DNA of 64,000 nucleotides from Atribacterota bacterium (GCA_040767965.1 JAXGNR010000007.1:96001-160000), one strand, 5' to 3'; numbered from the stretch's first letter, positions 19,805-30,998 are shown. Notes: generated by a model from the letters alone, not told the origin. Made by a program: numbers and translations.

Positions 19805-20665
19805 TTGAGTCAACTGATTATTAGAAAAAATCCAAAATTAAAAGATGTCCAGATGATAACAAGTTTCAGTGGATGGATGAATGGAGGAGAGGTTTCAACC
19901 GGAACTGTTGATTATATTAAAAACAAGCTAAAAGCAAAAAAATTTGCTGAAATAGCACCAGATCCATTTTATATTTTTAATTTCCCCGGATCCATGGAAC
20001 TGGTAGATGTGTTTCGGCCTTTTGTTAAAGTAGAAAATGGTATATTGCAGGATTTTTCTTTCCCAAAAAATGATTTTTTCTTCCATGAAAATAGTAATTT
20101 GATTCTTTTTAAAGGTAAAGAGCCAAATATGCATTGGAAAGATTATGCTGATTGCATTTTTGAGTTGGGCAAAAAATATAATTTAAAGAGAATATATTTT
20201 ATAGGAAGTGTAGCTGCTGCTACTCCCCATACCAGAGGGATTAGATTATCATGCTCCTGTTCTGAGGAAAAATTAAAGAAGGAAGTAAAAAATCACGGAA
20301 TCAAATTTTCTTTTTATGAAGGTCCAGCCAGTATTACTACCTATCTGACTTATTTAGCCAAACAAAAAGGAATTGAAATGATTAATTTTGTAGCTGAAAT
20401 CCCGATCTATATTCAATCTGAAAACCCCAAAGCTATTAAGACAATAGTCGAAAAGTTAGCTAAACTACTAAACTTAGATATAGATACCACCGATTTAACC
20501 AGGAAAAATTTAGCTTTTGAGAAAAAAATTAACCAATTATTAGAAACCCAGCCACAACTTTCAGAAGAAATTAAAAAATTAGAAGAAAATTACGATCAGG
20601 AATTTTTCGATGGCAAGGGAGGTTTTGAAGAGTGGTTAAAAAGAAAAGGGATTGATAAATTATAA
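19805..20665 (+). CDS. PAC2 family (proteasome assembly chaperone-like) protein
   Basis: FSGWMNGGE, GKEPNMHW, PHTR, YEGP, ENPKA; AGGAGG + TTG start. Confidence 0.8.
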   Translation: MSQLIIRKNPKLKDVQMITSFSGWMNGGEVSTGTVDYIKNKLKAKKFAEIAPDPFYIFNFPGSMELVDVFRPFVKVENGILQDFSFPKNDFFFHENSNLILFKGKEPNMHWKDYADCIFELGKKYNLKRIYFIGSVAAATPHTRGIRLSCSCSEEKLKKEVKNHGIKFSFYEGPASITTYLTYLAKQKGIEMINFVAEIPIYIQSENPKAIKTIVEKLAKLLNLDIDTTDLTRKNLAFEKKINQLLETQPQLSEEIKKLEENYDQEFFDGKGGFEEWLKRKGIDKL

Positions 20666-20706
20666 AATACCAACCCCTCCTTTATTATATCCAGCTAAGA
20701 CAGTAA

Positions 20707-21795
20707 TTATTTTTTGTTTAAACGAGAATACTCCTGTAGTATTTTTATTAATATATCTACAGCCTTCTGCATATCTACTAATTTGATATGTTCATCCTTA
20801 CTGTGTGGCAGTTTTACACCAGTTCCAAGAATAGCTGCTGTAATTCCATTTTTCACTAAGTTACTTGCGTCAGTCCCTCCACAAATTATTTTAGTTTTCG
20901 GTAACAGACCAACCGACTTAATCGCTCCTTCAGCTATTTTAACAGGCTCAGAGTTTTCGGGAATTTGAAAAGATTTTAATTCAAGACTTCTGGTAATTTC
21001 TACCCTGGCTCCTTTTGCTTTTGCTACTGTCTTAAATGTATCTTCTATTATCTTACTTTGTGTTAAGCATTTTTTATGTTTTTGACTGCGGCATTCTATT
21101 TGTATGAAGGTATTTTCAGGAACTGCATTTAATACCTGCCCTCCTTCAATCAATCCAATATTGACAGTTGTTTCATTATCAATCCAGCCGGTTTTTAATA
21201 AGGATATTCCATGTGCAGCAATTTCAATTGCAGAAATACCGTTTTCCGGTTCAACTGCATGAGCAGCTTTCCCGATTATTTTTATTTTTATCTCAGCCCG
21301 GGAAGGTCCACCAATGATGATCTCATCTAATAATTCAGAATCAAGAACATAACCATTTTTTGATTTTATTAAATTAAAATCTAAAAAAGCAGAACCGGAT
21401 AATCCCACCTCTTCCTGGCGTGTAATTATAATTTCAACAGGCGGATAAGAAGGTGCTTCTTCAAGTGCAACTAATATCTCAGCAATACCTGCTTTATCAT
21501 CAGCCCCCAAAATAGTATCACTTTTTGAGCGGATTATTCCTTTTTCTAAAACAGGTTCTATTCCCTTGCCTGGTTTAACTGTGTCTCCATGACAACAAAA
21601 TAATAAAGGGTTTTTGCTATTACAATTTTTTGAGTTTACTTTTATTATCAAATTTCCAAAATCATCAAATTTATTTTCACTATTCAGTTTGTTTTTAAAT
21701 AATTCAGAAAGAAAATTTAAAAACTCCTTTTCTTCGCCTGATTCACTATCAATTTTCACCATTTCATAAAAGTATTTACAAAGATCAGTCTTCAT
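20707..21795 (-). CDS. M20 family metallopeptidase (peptidase T-like)
   Basis: HGDTV, LGADDKAG, QEEVGL, GGTDA, C-terminal H...E. Confidence 0.88.
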   Translation of the reverse strand: MKTDLCKYFYEMVKIDSESGEEKEFLNFLSELFKNKLNSENKFDDFGNLIIKVNSKNCNSKNPLLFCCHGDTVKPGKGIEPVLEKGIIRSKSDTILGADDKAGIAEILVALEEAPSYPPVEIIITRQEEVGLSGSAFLDFNLIKSKNGYVLDSELLDEIIIGGPSRAEIKIKIIGKAAHAVEPENGISAIEIAAHGISLLKTGWIDNETTVNIGLIEGGQVLNAVPENTFIQIECRSQKHKKCLTQSKIIEDTFKTVAKAKGARVEITRSLELKSFQIPENSEPVKIAEGAIKSVGLLPKTKIICGGTDASNLVKNGITAAILGTGVKLPHSKDEHIKLVDMQKAVDILIKILQEYSRLNKK

Positions 21796-21903
21796 CCTCT
21801 ACTCCTTATTAACGACTTATTTGTTTTAAATTTTTCATTTTATAAATTTTATTATTTTATTAATACATTTATTCTCCAGAATATAAAAAAATTCTTTCCA
21901 TTT

Positions 21904-23004
21904 TTACACTACAGTATCCTCTTTTTCTTTATCAAAAATATGTGTTTTTATCATCTCTATTACCAGTTCAATTTCTTCTCCCACCTTGACTGTTGTTCGG
22001 CTATCCAGTTTAGCTACCAGCTGATTCTGCCCGACAATTACATAAAATAAAACTTCATCCCCAAGAGGTTCAATTACCTCCACCTTTGCTTTAATAGTAT
22101 TTTCAGGTGAAGTTCCAGAGTAATATTTTTTATCATGAAAATCTTCTGGTCGGATTCCAAACAATATTTCTTTTTCCAGATAATTAATAATCTTTTCTTG
22201 AAATTCTACAGGTATTTTTAATTGAAAGTTATCTCCGGCAATCAGAAATGAAGATTCTTCTTTGACTATTTTAGCGCGCATAAAATTCATTGCAGGTGAA
22301 CCTATAAAACCAGCCACAAATTGATTGGATGGAGTTTTATATACTTCTAAGGGAGGACCAGACTGCTGCAATTTTCCTTCATTCATAATAAAAATACGAG
22401 TAGCCATAGTCATAGCTTCAATTTGGTCATGAGTAACATAAATAATAGTTGCTTCTAATCGTTGATGAAGTTTGGATATTTCTGCTCTCATCGCAACTCG
22501 CAATTTGGCATCTAAATTAGAGAGAGGTTCATCAAACAGAAATACTTTTGGCTTACGAACAATAGCCCTTCCCAGGGCAACGCGCTGCCTTTGTCCCCCA
22601 GAAAGCTCTTTCGGTTTACGTTTAAGTAGCTTTCTGATATCTAATATATCAGCTGCTTCGTGAACACGTTTCTCTATTTCCTCTCTGGTAAATTTGCGTA
22701 ATTTTAAACCAAAAGCCATATTATTATAAACATCCATATGTGGATACAGGGCATAACTTTGAAAAACCATAGCAATATCGCGATCTTTTGGAGGGATATC
22801 GTTAACCAGCTTCTCTCCGATATATATCTCACCAGAGGTAACCTCCTCCAATCCTGCTATTGCACGCAGGGTTGTGCTTTTGCCACAACCGGAAGGACCT
22901 ACCAAAACTGCAAATTCCTTATCTTTAATATCTAAAGATACATTATCAACAGCCATGACCTCTTTAAATTTTTTAGTAACATTTTTCAAGACAACTCTGG
23001 CCAT
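21904..23004 (-). CDS. Sugar ABC transporter ATP-binding protein (MsmX/MalK/UgpC type)
   Basis: GPSGCGKST, VFQSYALYPHM, LSGGQRQR, TOBE tail. Start at ATG 23004 behind GAGGAGG. Confidence 0.93.
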   Translation of the reverse strand: MARVVLKNVTKKFKEVMAVDNVSLDIKDKEFAVLVGPSGCGKSTTLRAIAGLEEVTSGEIYIGEKLVNDIPPKDRDIAMVFQSYALYPHMDVYNNMAFGLKLRKFTREEIEKRVHEAADILDIRKLLKRKPKELSGGQRQRVALGRAIVRKPKVFLFDEPLSNLDAKLRVAMRAEISKLHQRLEATIIYVTHDQIEAMTMATRIFIMNEGKLQQSGPPLEVYKTPSNQFVAGFIGSPAMNFMRAKIVKEESSFLIAGDNFQLKIPVEFQEKIINYLEKEILFGIRPEDFHDKKYYSGTSPENTIKAKVEVIEPLGDEVLFYVIVGQNQLVAKLDSRTTVKVGEEIELVIEMIKTHIFDKEKEDTVV

Positions 23005-23056
23005 AAAAGACCTCCTCAATAAATAATAATATTTTAGAATGAAATAATTTTTGTTA

Positions 23057-24055
23057 TTATTTTTCAGCATCCCAAAATAAAGCAGCCGATCCTATAACTC
23101 CAGCAAAATCACCTAAACTACCCAAAACAAGCTTGAAATCTTCTAAATGAGAGCTCATTGCTCTTTGAAAAACAATTTTTTTTATTGGTTTCAATAAATT
23201 ATCACCTTCATTGGCAATTCCGCCTGCCAAAACAATCATTTCTGGATTTAACAAATTTACCAGACTGGTAATCCCCATTCCCAGATATTCAATTGCTTCA
23301 TTCACTATCTCATGAAAGACAGGATGCCCTTCTCTGGCTTGTTGGAATATTTTTGCTAACCCTATATTAAAATCAATTTCTGCAATTGCTCTTGAAATGG
23401 TTTCATTTTTTTTGCTTTCCTCTATCTTAAGAAATATCCGATTTCTTATACCGGTTGCCGAAGAGTAAACTTCTAAACAGCCATATCCTCCACAATTACA
23501 TTGAGGACCTTCTTTGTTTACTACCATATGTCCTATCTCTCCTGCATAAAAGTTTTTGCCATGATAAATTTTTCCATCCAGAATCAATCCTCCGCCAACT
23601 CCCGTACCTAGTGTGATACAAATTAAATCATTCACACCTTGTGCAACTCCATAAATTTTTTCTCCCCAGGCGGCGGCATTAGCATCATTTTCTATTTTAA
23701 CCGGGATATTTAATTCTTTTTCTAGAATATTTTTAATGGGCACATTGTCCCATCCGGGTAAATTGGGGGCGAAATTAACAATTCCCAACTTTGAATTAAC
23801 AGGACCTGGTATACCTATTCCTATTCCCGATATTTCATTATCATTTTCTCTGGATTTATTAATCATATGGCAAATATTTTGTAGCAATCTACCAACTACT
23901 TTTTCTCTCCCCTGCTCTGCCAAAGTAGATGTTTTTAAATAATCTTTTATTTGGCCATTTCTATTTACTAAAGCTATGCCAATTTTTGTTCCACCCAAAT
24001 CTATGCCAATTATTAATTTATCTTTCTCTGGCTTGGGAATATCATTATGTTTCAT
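23057..24055 (-). CDS. ROK family sugar kinase (glucokinase-like)
   Basis: GIDLGGT, ENDANAAA, GTGVGGG, GEIGH...CNCG...GCLE; no HTH. Confidence 0.88.
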   Translation of the reverse strand: MKHNDIPKPEKDKLIIGIDLGGTKIGIALVNRNGQIKDYLKTSTLAEQGREKVVGRLLQNICHMINKSRENDNEISGIGIGIPGPVNSKLGIVNFAPNLPGWDNVPIKNILEKELNIPVKIENDANAAAWGEKIYGVAQGVNDLICITLGTGVGGGLILDGKIYHGKNFYAGEIGHMVVNKEGPQCNCGGYGCLEVYSSATGIRNRIFLKIEESKKNETISRAIAEIDFNIGLAKIFQQAREGHPVFHEIVNEAIEYLGMGITSLVNLLNPEMIVLAGGIANEGDNLLKPIKKIVFQRAMSSHLEDFKLVLGSLGDFAGVIGSAALFWDAEK

Positions 24056-24099
24056 CTTTTTCTCTTTTCATTTTTGATCCCTGTAAACAATAATTAGGA

Positions 24100-24960
24100 C
24101 TATCCTTTTACTGATCCTGCTAGAATCCCTCTGACAAAATAACGCTGCAGACTTAAAAAGATTACTAGAGGTAAGGCCATTGAAACAAAAGCGGCAGCAG
24201 TTAATAATTCCCAATTTTGCCCGTATGAACCTACCAGAGCGCTTATTCTAACAGTCAAAGGTGCCACATCAGGGGTTCCGCCCAAATATACAAGTGCTAC
24301 CAAGAGATCATTCCAGACCCAGATGAATTGAAAAATGGTAATAGAAGCAATAGCTGGAATAGATAGTGGTATAACGATATTTTTAAATATCTGGAAAGTT
24401 GTCGCTCCATCAATGGTAGCTGATTCAAAGATTTCACTTGGTAAACCGGAAATGTAGTTATACATTAAATATATAACTAAAGGAAGTCCGTATCCTGCAT
24501 GGGCAAACCAGATCCCAACAAATGAACCAGATAGTCCCAGCTGATTAAAAATTCTTAAGATAGGGATTAGGGTCATTTGCAATGGAACAACCAATAAACC
24601 CACAAATAAAATAAAGAAAAATCTTCTTCCCCAAAATTCCATCCATGCAAAAGCATATGCTGCAAAAGAAGCAATAATAATTGGTAATGTGCAAGCAGGA
24701 ATTGTAATAATCAGCGTGTTAACAAAAGCTCTTCCTATACCAATATTATTTATTACATCTCTATAGTTTGCCAGAGTATACTGGGTAAAATTAAATGGGT
24801 GTGCAAAAACCGTCCACCATCCGGAAGAGGCAACAGCTGCGGATGGACGAAAAGATGTGATTAATAGCCCTACTGTTGGGAAAATCCAGATTATTGCCAC
24901 AATAATTACAAACATGTGCATGGGGGCATTTAATAAAAAACTGTTGTGTTTTAGTTTCAT
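24100..24960 (-). CDS. Carbohydrate ABC transporter permease (AglG-like)
   Basis: EAA loop ESATIDGA; FQFIWVWNDLLVAL; LAGSVKG terminus. Confidence 0.9.
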   Translation of the reverse strand: MKLKHNSFLLNAPMHMFVIIVAIIWIFPTVGLLITSFRPSAAVASSGWWTVFAHPFNFTQYTLANYRDVINNIGIGRAFVNTLIITIPACTLPIIIASFAAYAFAWMEFWGRRFFFILFVGLLVVPLQMTLIPILRIFNQLGLSGSFVGIWFAHAGYGLPLVIYLMYNYISGLPSEIFESATIDGATTFQIFKNIVIPLSIPAIASITIFQFIWVWNDLLVALVYLGGTPDVAPLTVRISALVGSYGQNWELLTAAAFVSMALPLVIFLSLQRYFVRGILAGSVKG

Positions 24961-25826
24961 CTAATTGCCTCCTGTTCTCTGAATCTTTGAACATTTATCA
25001 CAATCATCGGTATAATAAATAAAAGAAGCAAAATTGCAATAGAGCTTGCTCTTCCGTAATTTCGGAAGATAAACATCTCCTTGTACATTCTGTTAGCAAT
25101 AACTTCAGTTGAAAATGAACCATTTGTCATGACATAGACAATATCAAATACCTTGAGCACATTAATGAACATGGTGGTAGATACTACTGCAATCGTAGGC
25201 TTCATTAAAGGCAAAATTATTTTCCAAAAAATTCGCAACTCACCAGCACCATCAACTCGTGCTGCTTCTAGTAATTCTTTTGGAATTCCTTTATAGCTTG
25301 CAGATAGAATTACCAGACAAAAGCCAGTCCATATCCAGATTCCTACTATAATTAGGCAAACATTATTTATCCAGGGTCTTTCTATCAACCAGGGAATCGG
25401 CTGTGCACCTAAAAAAGACAAAAAGGCATTTAAAATACCAATCTGTTCACTTCCAACTGGCCTATAGGAATAAACAAACTTCCAGATAACACCAGCACCA
25501 ACAAACGAGATTGCCATAGGCATAAATATGATCGATTTTATTATTGGTTCATAGCGAACTCTATCAAGAATTACTGCCATAATTAAGCCCAGGAATACAG
25601 TTACAGGAACAAAGAGAGCCACCCAAAGCAAATTATTACGAAAAGCAGTCAGCATAATGTCATTTGATAAAGAGTATATATAATTGGAAAAACCGACAAA
25701 TTCCTTAGATTGAGGCCCAAAAAAGGAAATAATAAATGTATTTATAGAAGGATATACCAAAAAGAACATTAATACAAAAAGAGCAGGAATTACATATAGC
25801 CATGGGGTGTACCATTTTGTTCGCAT
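24957..25826 (-). CDS. Carbohydrate ABC transporter permease (AglF-like)
   Basis: FMPMAISFVGA, EAARVDGA, LKVFDIV. Confidence 0.9.
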   Translation of the reverse strand: MRTKWYTPWLYVIPALFVLMFFLVYPSINTFIISFFGPQSKEFVGFSNYIYSLSNDIMLTAFRNNLLWVALFVPVTVFLGLIMAVILDRVRYEPIIKSIIFMPMAISFVGAGVIWKFVYSYRPVGSEQIGILNAFLSFLGAQPIPWLIERPWINNVCLIIVGIWIWTGFCLVILSASYKGIPKELLEAARVDGAGELRIFWKIILPLMKPTIAVVSTTMFINVLKVFDIVYVMTNGSFSTEVIANRMYKEMFIFRNYGRASSIAILLLLFIIPMIVINVQRFREQEAIR

Positions 25827-25867
25827 AATAGTTTAACTCCTTAATAATTTCGTTTCAATAAAAGACA

Positions 25868-25900
25868 GTAGATAGCTGAATACAAAAATCAGCTATCTAC
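25868..25900 (-). terminator. Stem-loop after the binding-protein gene (partial terminator or mRNA stabiliser)
   Basis: 12-bp inverted repeat GTAGATAGCTGA...TCAGCTATCTAC between the SBP and permease genes. Confidence 0.6.
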
Positions 25901-25935
25901 CAGTTTTGCTATTAATACAAAGCTATATAATTAAA

Positions 25936-27210
25936 TTAATCTCTATAAGCATCCAATGCACTTGCCTCTATCTGCATTAATACATTTGCCAAATTCTCTC
26001 CGCTGACATAATCCAAAATTCCGGTCCAGAAAGATCCGGATCCAACAGCGGCTGGCATAAGGTCAGAGCCGTCAAAGCGGAAAACAGAGGCTTCACCCAG
26101 AAAATCGGCAGCTTTGCGGGTAATGTCATCAGGATAAACACCGGGATCAACATTCTGGTTAGGCGCTAATTTCCCTAATTCTCCAACCCAAATTTCCTGA
26201 GCCTGAGCAGAAGCAATGTATTCCATAAAAGCTCTTGCTTCCGGGGTATCATTGAACATGGCAAGCATATCAGCAGCACCCAAAGCTGGGGTACCATATT
26301 CTTCTTTTATTGATGGGAATGGGAAAAAATCAAAGTCCTCTCCGGGAATTAAATCAGGAAAATGCTCAAGCATAAAACCTTTAATAAAGGTAGCCTGTCG
26401 ATGCATGTAAGCATTTGGAGGATCTGTAAATAAAGCATCAGCAGAATCTCCAAATGGGATAGTCAGAACTGCATTGGGTCCACCATAGACGTAATTGTTA
26501 CTGCGGGCAATTTCACCAAATATTTCAAAAGCTTCCATCACAACTTCATTAGTCCAGGCAATCTCATGGTTAACCCAGGCATCATATGTTTCAGGAGAAG
26601 CAATTCTTAGCATAATATCTTCAATCCAGTCAGTTCCAGGCCAACCACTGGCTGCTCCTGATTCCAGGCCAATAGCCCATGGTGTATTTCCATCAGCGAC
26701 CATTTGATCCGACAAGGCTATTAGCTCATCCCAGGTGCCAGGTACTTCATATCCGGCAGCAGCAAATTTTTTCGGACTGTACCAGACCATACTTTTTAAG
26801 TCTGCCGAAATAAATATTGAATAAAGTTGCCCATCATATGAACCAAGCTCAAGCCAGGCATTCGAATAATTATCCAATAATGTTCCTCTATCCATAAAAG
26901 TAGCTAAAGGAACCAGCCTGCCTTCTTTGGCAAATTCAACCATCTGCCCGGGATTAGGCATTGCAGAAACATCCGGAGGATTACCGGCTTCTACTCTTGT
27001 AGTTAGTATTGCAGGCAAATCTCTGGTCCCGGTAAACTCTACTTTGATACCGGTTTCTTCTTCAAACGGTGCTACCATCTTTTCAAATGCATCAGCCTCA
27101 GCTCCAGTCCAAACCCCCATTACGGTAACGCTTCCTTGGGCATTTACAGAAATAATAAGCAAACAAAACATTCCAGTAATAGCAAACAATAAACCTAATT
27201 TCTTTAACAT
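25936..27210 (-). CDS. Sugar ABC substrate-binding protein (AglE alpha-glucoside type)
   Basis: KSMVWY, GLESGAASGWPGTDWIED, FRFDGSDLMP. Start at ATG 27210 behind AGGAGG. Confidence 0.88.
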   Translation of the reverse strand: MLKKLGLLFAITGMFCLLIISVNAQGSVTVMGVWTGAEADAFEKMVAPFEEETGIKVEFTGTRDLPAILTTRVEAGNPPDVSAMPNPGQMVEFAKEGRLVPLATFMDRGTLLDNYSNAWLELGSYDGQLYSIFISADLKSMVWYSPKKFAAAGYEVPGTWDELIALSDQMVADGNTPWAIGLESGAASGWPGTDWIEDIMLRIASPETYDAWVNHEIAWTNEVVMEAFEIFGEIARSNNYVYGGPNAVLTIPFGDSADALFTDPPNAYMHRQATFIKGFMLEHFPDLIPGEDFDFFPFPSIKEEYGTPALGAADMLAMFNDTPEARAFMEYIASAQAQEIWVGELGKLAPNQNVDPGVYPDDITRKAADFLGEASVFRFDGSDLMPAAVGSGSFWTGILDYVSGENLANVLMQIEASALDAYRD

Positions 27211-27655
27211 AAAGAACCTCCTATTTTTTATTGTTACCAAAATTGAGTTAACAATAATTAAAATTGAATTGAGCTATTTAACACCTCCTAATATTAAATA
27301 TTTCTTAGTAAATTAAATTTAAAATTAAATAACAAATAAGTGATATTTAAAATAGATATCTAATTGATAATTATTTATATATATTATAAAATGTTTCCCT
27401 ATTTAAATGCAAATTTTAATCTTAATAATAACCTTCCTTTTTTAACAATTTCTAATTTCTTTCTACCCTTAATAATAGATGCAAATAGAATTATTTTTTT
27501 ACATCTATTATTAAAGTATTAAAGCTATAAATTTTAATCAACAAAAAAATATGTTAATATATAATTAAGTAAAAATTTTTCTTATTTTGTTTTTTTACTG
27601 ACGATACTTCCTTTTTGTCAATAAAGCTTTAATAAAATTGTTAAGGAGGTTTTGC

Positions 27656-29842
27656 ATGTCACGTATAGTTGTTGTTTCAAATCGACTCCCGGTAACTGTA
27701 AAAAAAACGGGCAATAAGTTTTCATTTCAGCAAAGTGTTGGTGGCTTAGCTACTGGAATGTCTTCTTTTCAAGAAGACTACCAATGCTTATGGGTGGGAT
27801 GGCCGGGATTATCGACAGAACTGATTAATAATAATGAGAAACAGGAATTAATTGAAAAAATGGATCAATTGGGAAGTTATCCTGTTTTTTTATCCCAATC
27901 ACATATAGAAGATTATTATAATGGTTTTTGCAATAGGACTATCTGGCCTCTTTTTCATTGCTTTAATCAGCTTACTGAATATGATAACCATCTTTGGGAA
28001 TCATATAAAAAAGTAAACAATATTTTCTGTCAAACAATTCTGGATGTAGCACAGCCTGGGGATTTAATCTGGGTTCATGATTATCACCTTCTATTACTTC
28101 CTCAATTGTTACGCAAAAGAAGACCTGACTTAACAATAGGATTTTTCCTGCATATTCCTTTTCCTCCAACTGAAATCTTTCGCCTTATCCCATGGAGAAG
28201 AGAGATATTAGAAGGTTTGATGGGTTCTGATTTAATTGGTTTTCATACCTATGACTATGTTCGCAATTTCCTTGATTCTATTTTAAGATTAAGAGGATAT
28301 GAAAATAGTCTGGGAAATATTAATTATCAAAACCGAATGATAAAAGTTGATTCTTTCCCTATGGGGATAGATTTTGATCTATTCCATAATTCATCTGAAC
28401 AAAAACAAACTAAACAAGAAATAGAAAAAATTAAAAATAATGTTAATACTGATAAAATAATTATCTCGGTTGATAGGCTAGATTATTCAAAAGGCATACT
28501 TGAAAGATTAGAAGCCTTTGCTACTTTTTTAGAAGAAAACCCTGAGTACTGGGAAAAAGTTACTATGATACTGGTTGCGGTCCCTTCCCGCACCGGTGTT
28601 CCCCAGTATCAAAAATTAAAACATCAGGTTGATGAAAAGATTGGTCATATCAATGGTAAATTCGGAAAATTAGGGTGGACCCCTATTTCATATCTTTATC
28701 GTGCTTTACCTTTCCACGAATTAACTGCTTTATACTATTTAGCAGATGTTGCTTTAATAACTCCTTTAAAAGATGGCATGAATCTTATTGCAAAAGAGTA
28801 TATTGCTACAAAAAAAGATAATACAGGAGTATTGATTTTAAGCGAAATGGCAGGAGCAGGCAATGAGATGGGAGAGGCTTTAATCGTAAATCCTAATAAC
28901 CGTACTCAAATTTCATGGGCAATAAAGTACGCTTTAAATATGAATAAAAATGAGCAGGAAAAAAGAATTACAGTTTTACAGAAAAGATTAAAAGAATATG
29001 ATGTAAAAAAATGGGCTGAAGATTTTAAAGAGAACCTGTTAAAAATAAAAAACCTGCAAAGAAAGCTATCAGCAAGGTTCTTATCTCCTCAAAGCAGATT
29101 AAATATAATAAAAAAATACAAACAAAGCAAACAAAGATTATTTTTAATTGATTATGACGGCACACTTGTTCCAGGCCATTTTCGATTCAAGCAAATAAAC
29201 CCTTCACAGGATGTTATTAATACTGTGAAAATGTTGAATAAAGATCCAAAAAATAAAATTGTTATTGTAAGTGGAAGAGAAAAGCATTTTTTGGAAGAAT
29301 GGTTTCAAAATGTAAATGTAGATTTTATAGCTGAACATGGAGCCTGGCTAAAAAAAGATAATTCAAGCTGGCAAACAGCTGAGCCTTTAAGAAAAGAATG
29401 GAAAGAGGAAATTAAACCAATTTTAGAACTATACACTAATCGTACTCCTAATTCTTTCGTGCAAGAAAAAGAATTTTCTTTAGTCTGGCACTATATCAAT
29501 ACAGATCCGGCTTTTGGAAGAATTCGAGCAATGGAGCTGATGGATTCATTAACATATCTTACCTCAAATCTCAGTTTAGAAATATATCATGGCGAAAAAG
29601 TAATAGAAATTAAACCAACAGGAATTAACAAAGGACTTAGTGCTTGTAGATGGGTTTCAGAAAAAAAATGGGATTTTATTTTAGCAATTGGTGATGACTG
29701 GTCTGATGAAATTACTTTTTCATGTTTACCTAATTCTGCATACTCAATAAAAGTAGGTTCAGGAATATCCGGATCAAAATATAATATACATTCCTCAACC
29801 GAAGTTCGTGCCTTATTAAAAGAACTGGCCAAGAAATCCTAA
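27656..29842 (+). CDS. Bifunctional trehalose-6-phosphate synthase/phosphatase (OtsA-OtsB fusion)
   Basis: VSNRLP, WVHDYHL, FLHIPFP, DRLDYSKG, DGMNLIAKE, then HAD DYDGTL...GDD. Start at ATG 27656 behind AAGGAGG. Confidence 0.93.
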   Translation: MSRIVVVSNRLPVTVKKTGNKFSFQQSVGGLATGMSSFQEDYQCLWVGWPGLSTELINNNEKQELIEKMDQLGSYPVFLSQSHIEDYYNGFCNRTIWPLFHCFNQLTEYDNHLWESYKKVNNIFCQTILDVAQPGDLIWVHDYHLLLLPQLLRKRRPDLTIGFFLHIPFPPTEIFRLIPWRREILEGLMGSDLIGFHTYDYVRNFLDSILRLRGYENSLGNINYQNRMIKVDSFPMGIDFDLFHNSSEQKQTKQEIEKIKNNVNTDKIIISVDRLDYSKGILERLEAFATFLEENPEYWEKVTMILVAVPSRTGVPQYQKLKHQVDEKIGHINGKFGKLGWTPISYLYRALPFHELTALYYLADVALITPLKDGMNLIAKEYIATKKDNTGVLILSEMAGAGNEMGEALIVNPNNRTQISWAIKYALNMNKNEQEKRITVLQKRLKEYDVKKWAEDFKENLLKIKNLQRKLSARFLSPQSRLNIIKKYKQSKQRLFLIDYDGTLVPGHFRFKQINPSQDVINTVKMLNKDPKNKIVIVSGREKHFLEEWFQNVNVDFIAEHGAWLKKDNSSWQTAEPLRKEWKEEIKPILELYTNRTPNSFVQEKEFSLVWHYINTDPAFGRIRAMELMDSLTYLTSNLSLEIYHGEKVIEIKPTGINKGLSACRWVSEKKWDFILAIGDDWSDEITFSCLPNSAYSIKVGSGISGSKYNIHSSTEVRALLKELAKKS

Positions 29843-29860
29843 AAGATATTGAAAGTTAAA

Positions 29861-29906
29861 ATTATTAAAGGGAGAGTTTTAATCTTCTATCTCTCCCTTT
29901 AATAAT
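29861..29906. terminator. Bidirectional terminator between TPS/TPP and fbaB
   Basis: 16-bp inverted repeat ATTATTAAAGGGAGAG...CTCTCCCTTTAATAAT. Confidence 0.8.
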
Positions 29907-29942
29907 AATATTTCTTCTTAATTTCGCTACTTTTCTATTTAT

Positions 29943-30998
29943 TTAGGCTATCTCTATTTCCTTACACAGGTATACATCCTGAATAGCATGGAATATTTTA
30001 ATACCTTCATCCATTGGCTTTTGGAAGGTTTTCCTGCCGGAAATAACTCCCATTCCCCCCGCTCTTTTATTGATAATAGATGTTTTTACAGCTTGCTGCA
30101 AATCGTTTTTTCCTGATGACCCACCAGAATTTATTAATCCAATTCTGCCCATAAAACAATTAACTACCTGAAAACGGGTAAGGTCTATGGGGTTGTCTGT
30201 GGTTAATTTTTCATATACCAGAGGGCTTGTTTGGCCAAAATTAAGAGCATTGTAACCACCATTATTAGTGGGTTGTTTTTGTTTTATTAAATCTGCTTCA
30301 ATGGTTGCTCCCAGATAATTTGCCTGTCCGGTCAGATCTGCTGAAGAATGATAATCTATACCGTCTTTTTTGAAAGCAGAATTTCTTAAATAACACCATA
30401 ATACAGTAAACATTCCCAGTTGATGGGCATGCATGAAAGCTGAAGAAACTTCTTCAATCTGTTCTCGGGATTCATCTGAACCAAAATAAATGGTTGCACC
30501 TACTCCGCGTGCCCCCATATCATAAGCCTGTTCTACTGAAGCAAACATTCTTTGATCATAATAGTTAGGATAAGATAATAATTCATTATGGTTCAATTTT
30601 ACAATAAAAGGAATTTTGTCTGCATATTTCTTTGACACCATACCAAGCACCCCTAAAGTGGAGGCTACTGCATTACACCCTCCTTCAATAGCTAGTTTAA
30701 CTATATTTTCCGGATCAAAATAAATAGGGTTCGGTGCAAAAGATGCACCTGCAGAATGCTCTACTCCCTGGTCTACAGGCAGTATAGACAGATAACCTGT
30801 TCCTTTTAATCTACCGGTATTAAAAAGAGCTTCCAGGTTTTGCTTTACTTGAGAAGATCGATCAGAAATTCCAAAAATACGATCTACAAAATCAGGACCA
30901 GGCAGATTTAAATTATTCTTTGGAATTGTGTTACATTTATGCTCTAGTAATAAATTATTATCTTCTCCCAAAATGTTCTTTATTTCATTATAATTCAT
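29943..30998 (-). CDS. fbaB: Class I fructose-bisphosphate aldolase (DhnA/FbaB type)
   Basis: [32 protein letters not shown] (Schiff-base Lys), SGRK. Confidence 0.93.
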   Translation of the reverse strand: MNYNEIKNILGEDNNLLLEHKCNTIPKNNLNLPGPDFVDRIFGISDRSSQVKQNLEALFNTGRLKGTGYLSILPVDQGVEHSAGASFAPNPIYFDPENIVKLAIEGGCNAVASTLGVLGMVSKKYADKIPFIVKLNHNELLSYPNYYDQRMFASVEQAYDMGARGVGATIYFGSDESREQIEEVSSAFMHAHQLGMFTVLWCYLRNSAFKKDGIDYHSSADLTGQANYLGATIEADLIKQKQPTNNGGYNALNFGQTSPLVYEKLTTDNPIDLTRFQVVNCFMGRIGLINSGGSSGKNDLQQAVKTSIINKRAGGMGVISGRKTFQKPMDEGIKIFHAIQDVYLCKEIEIA

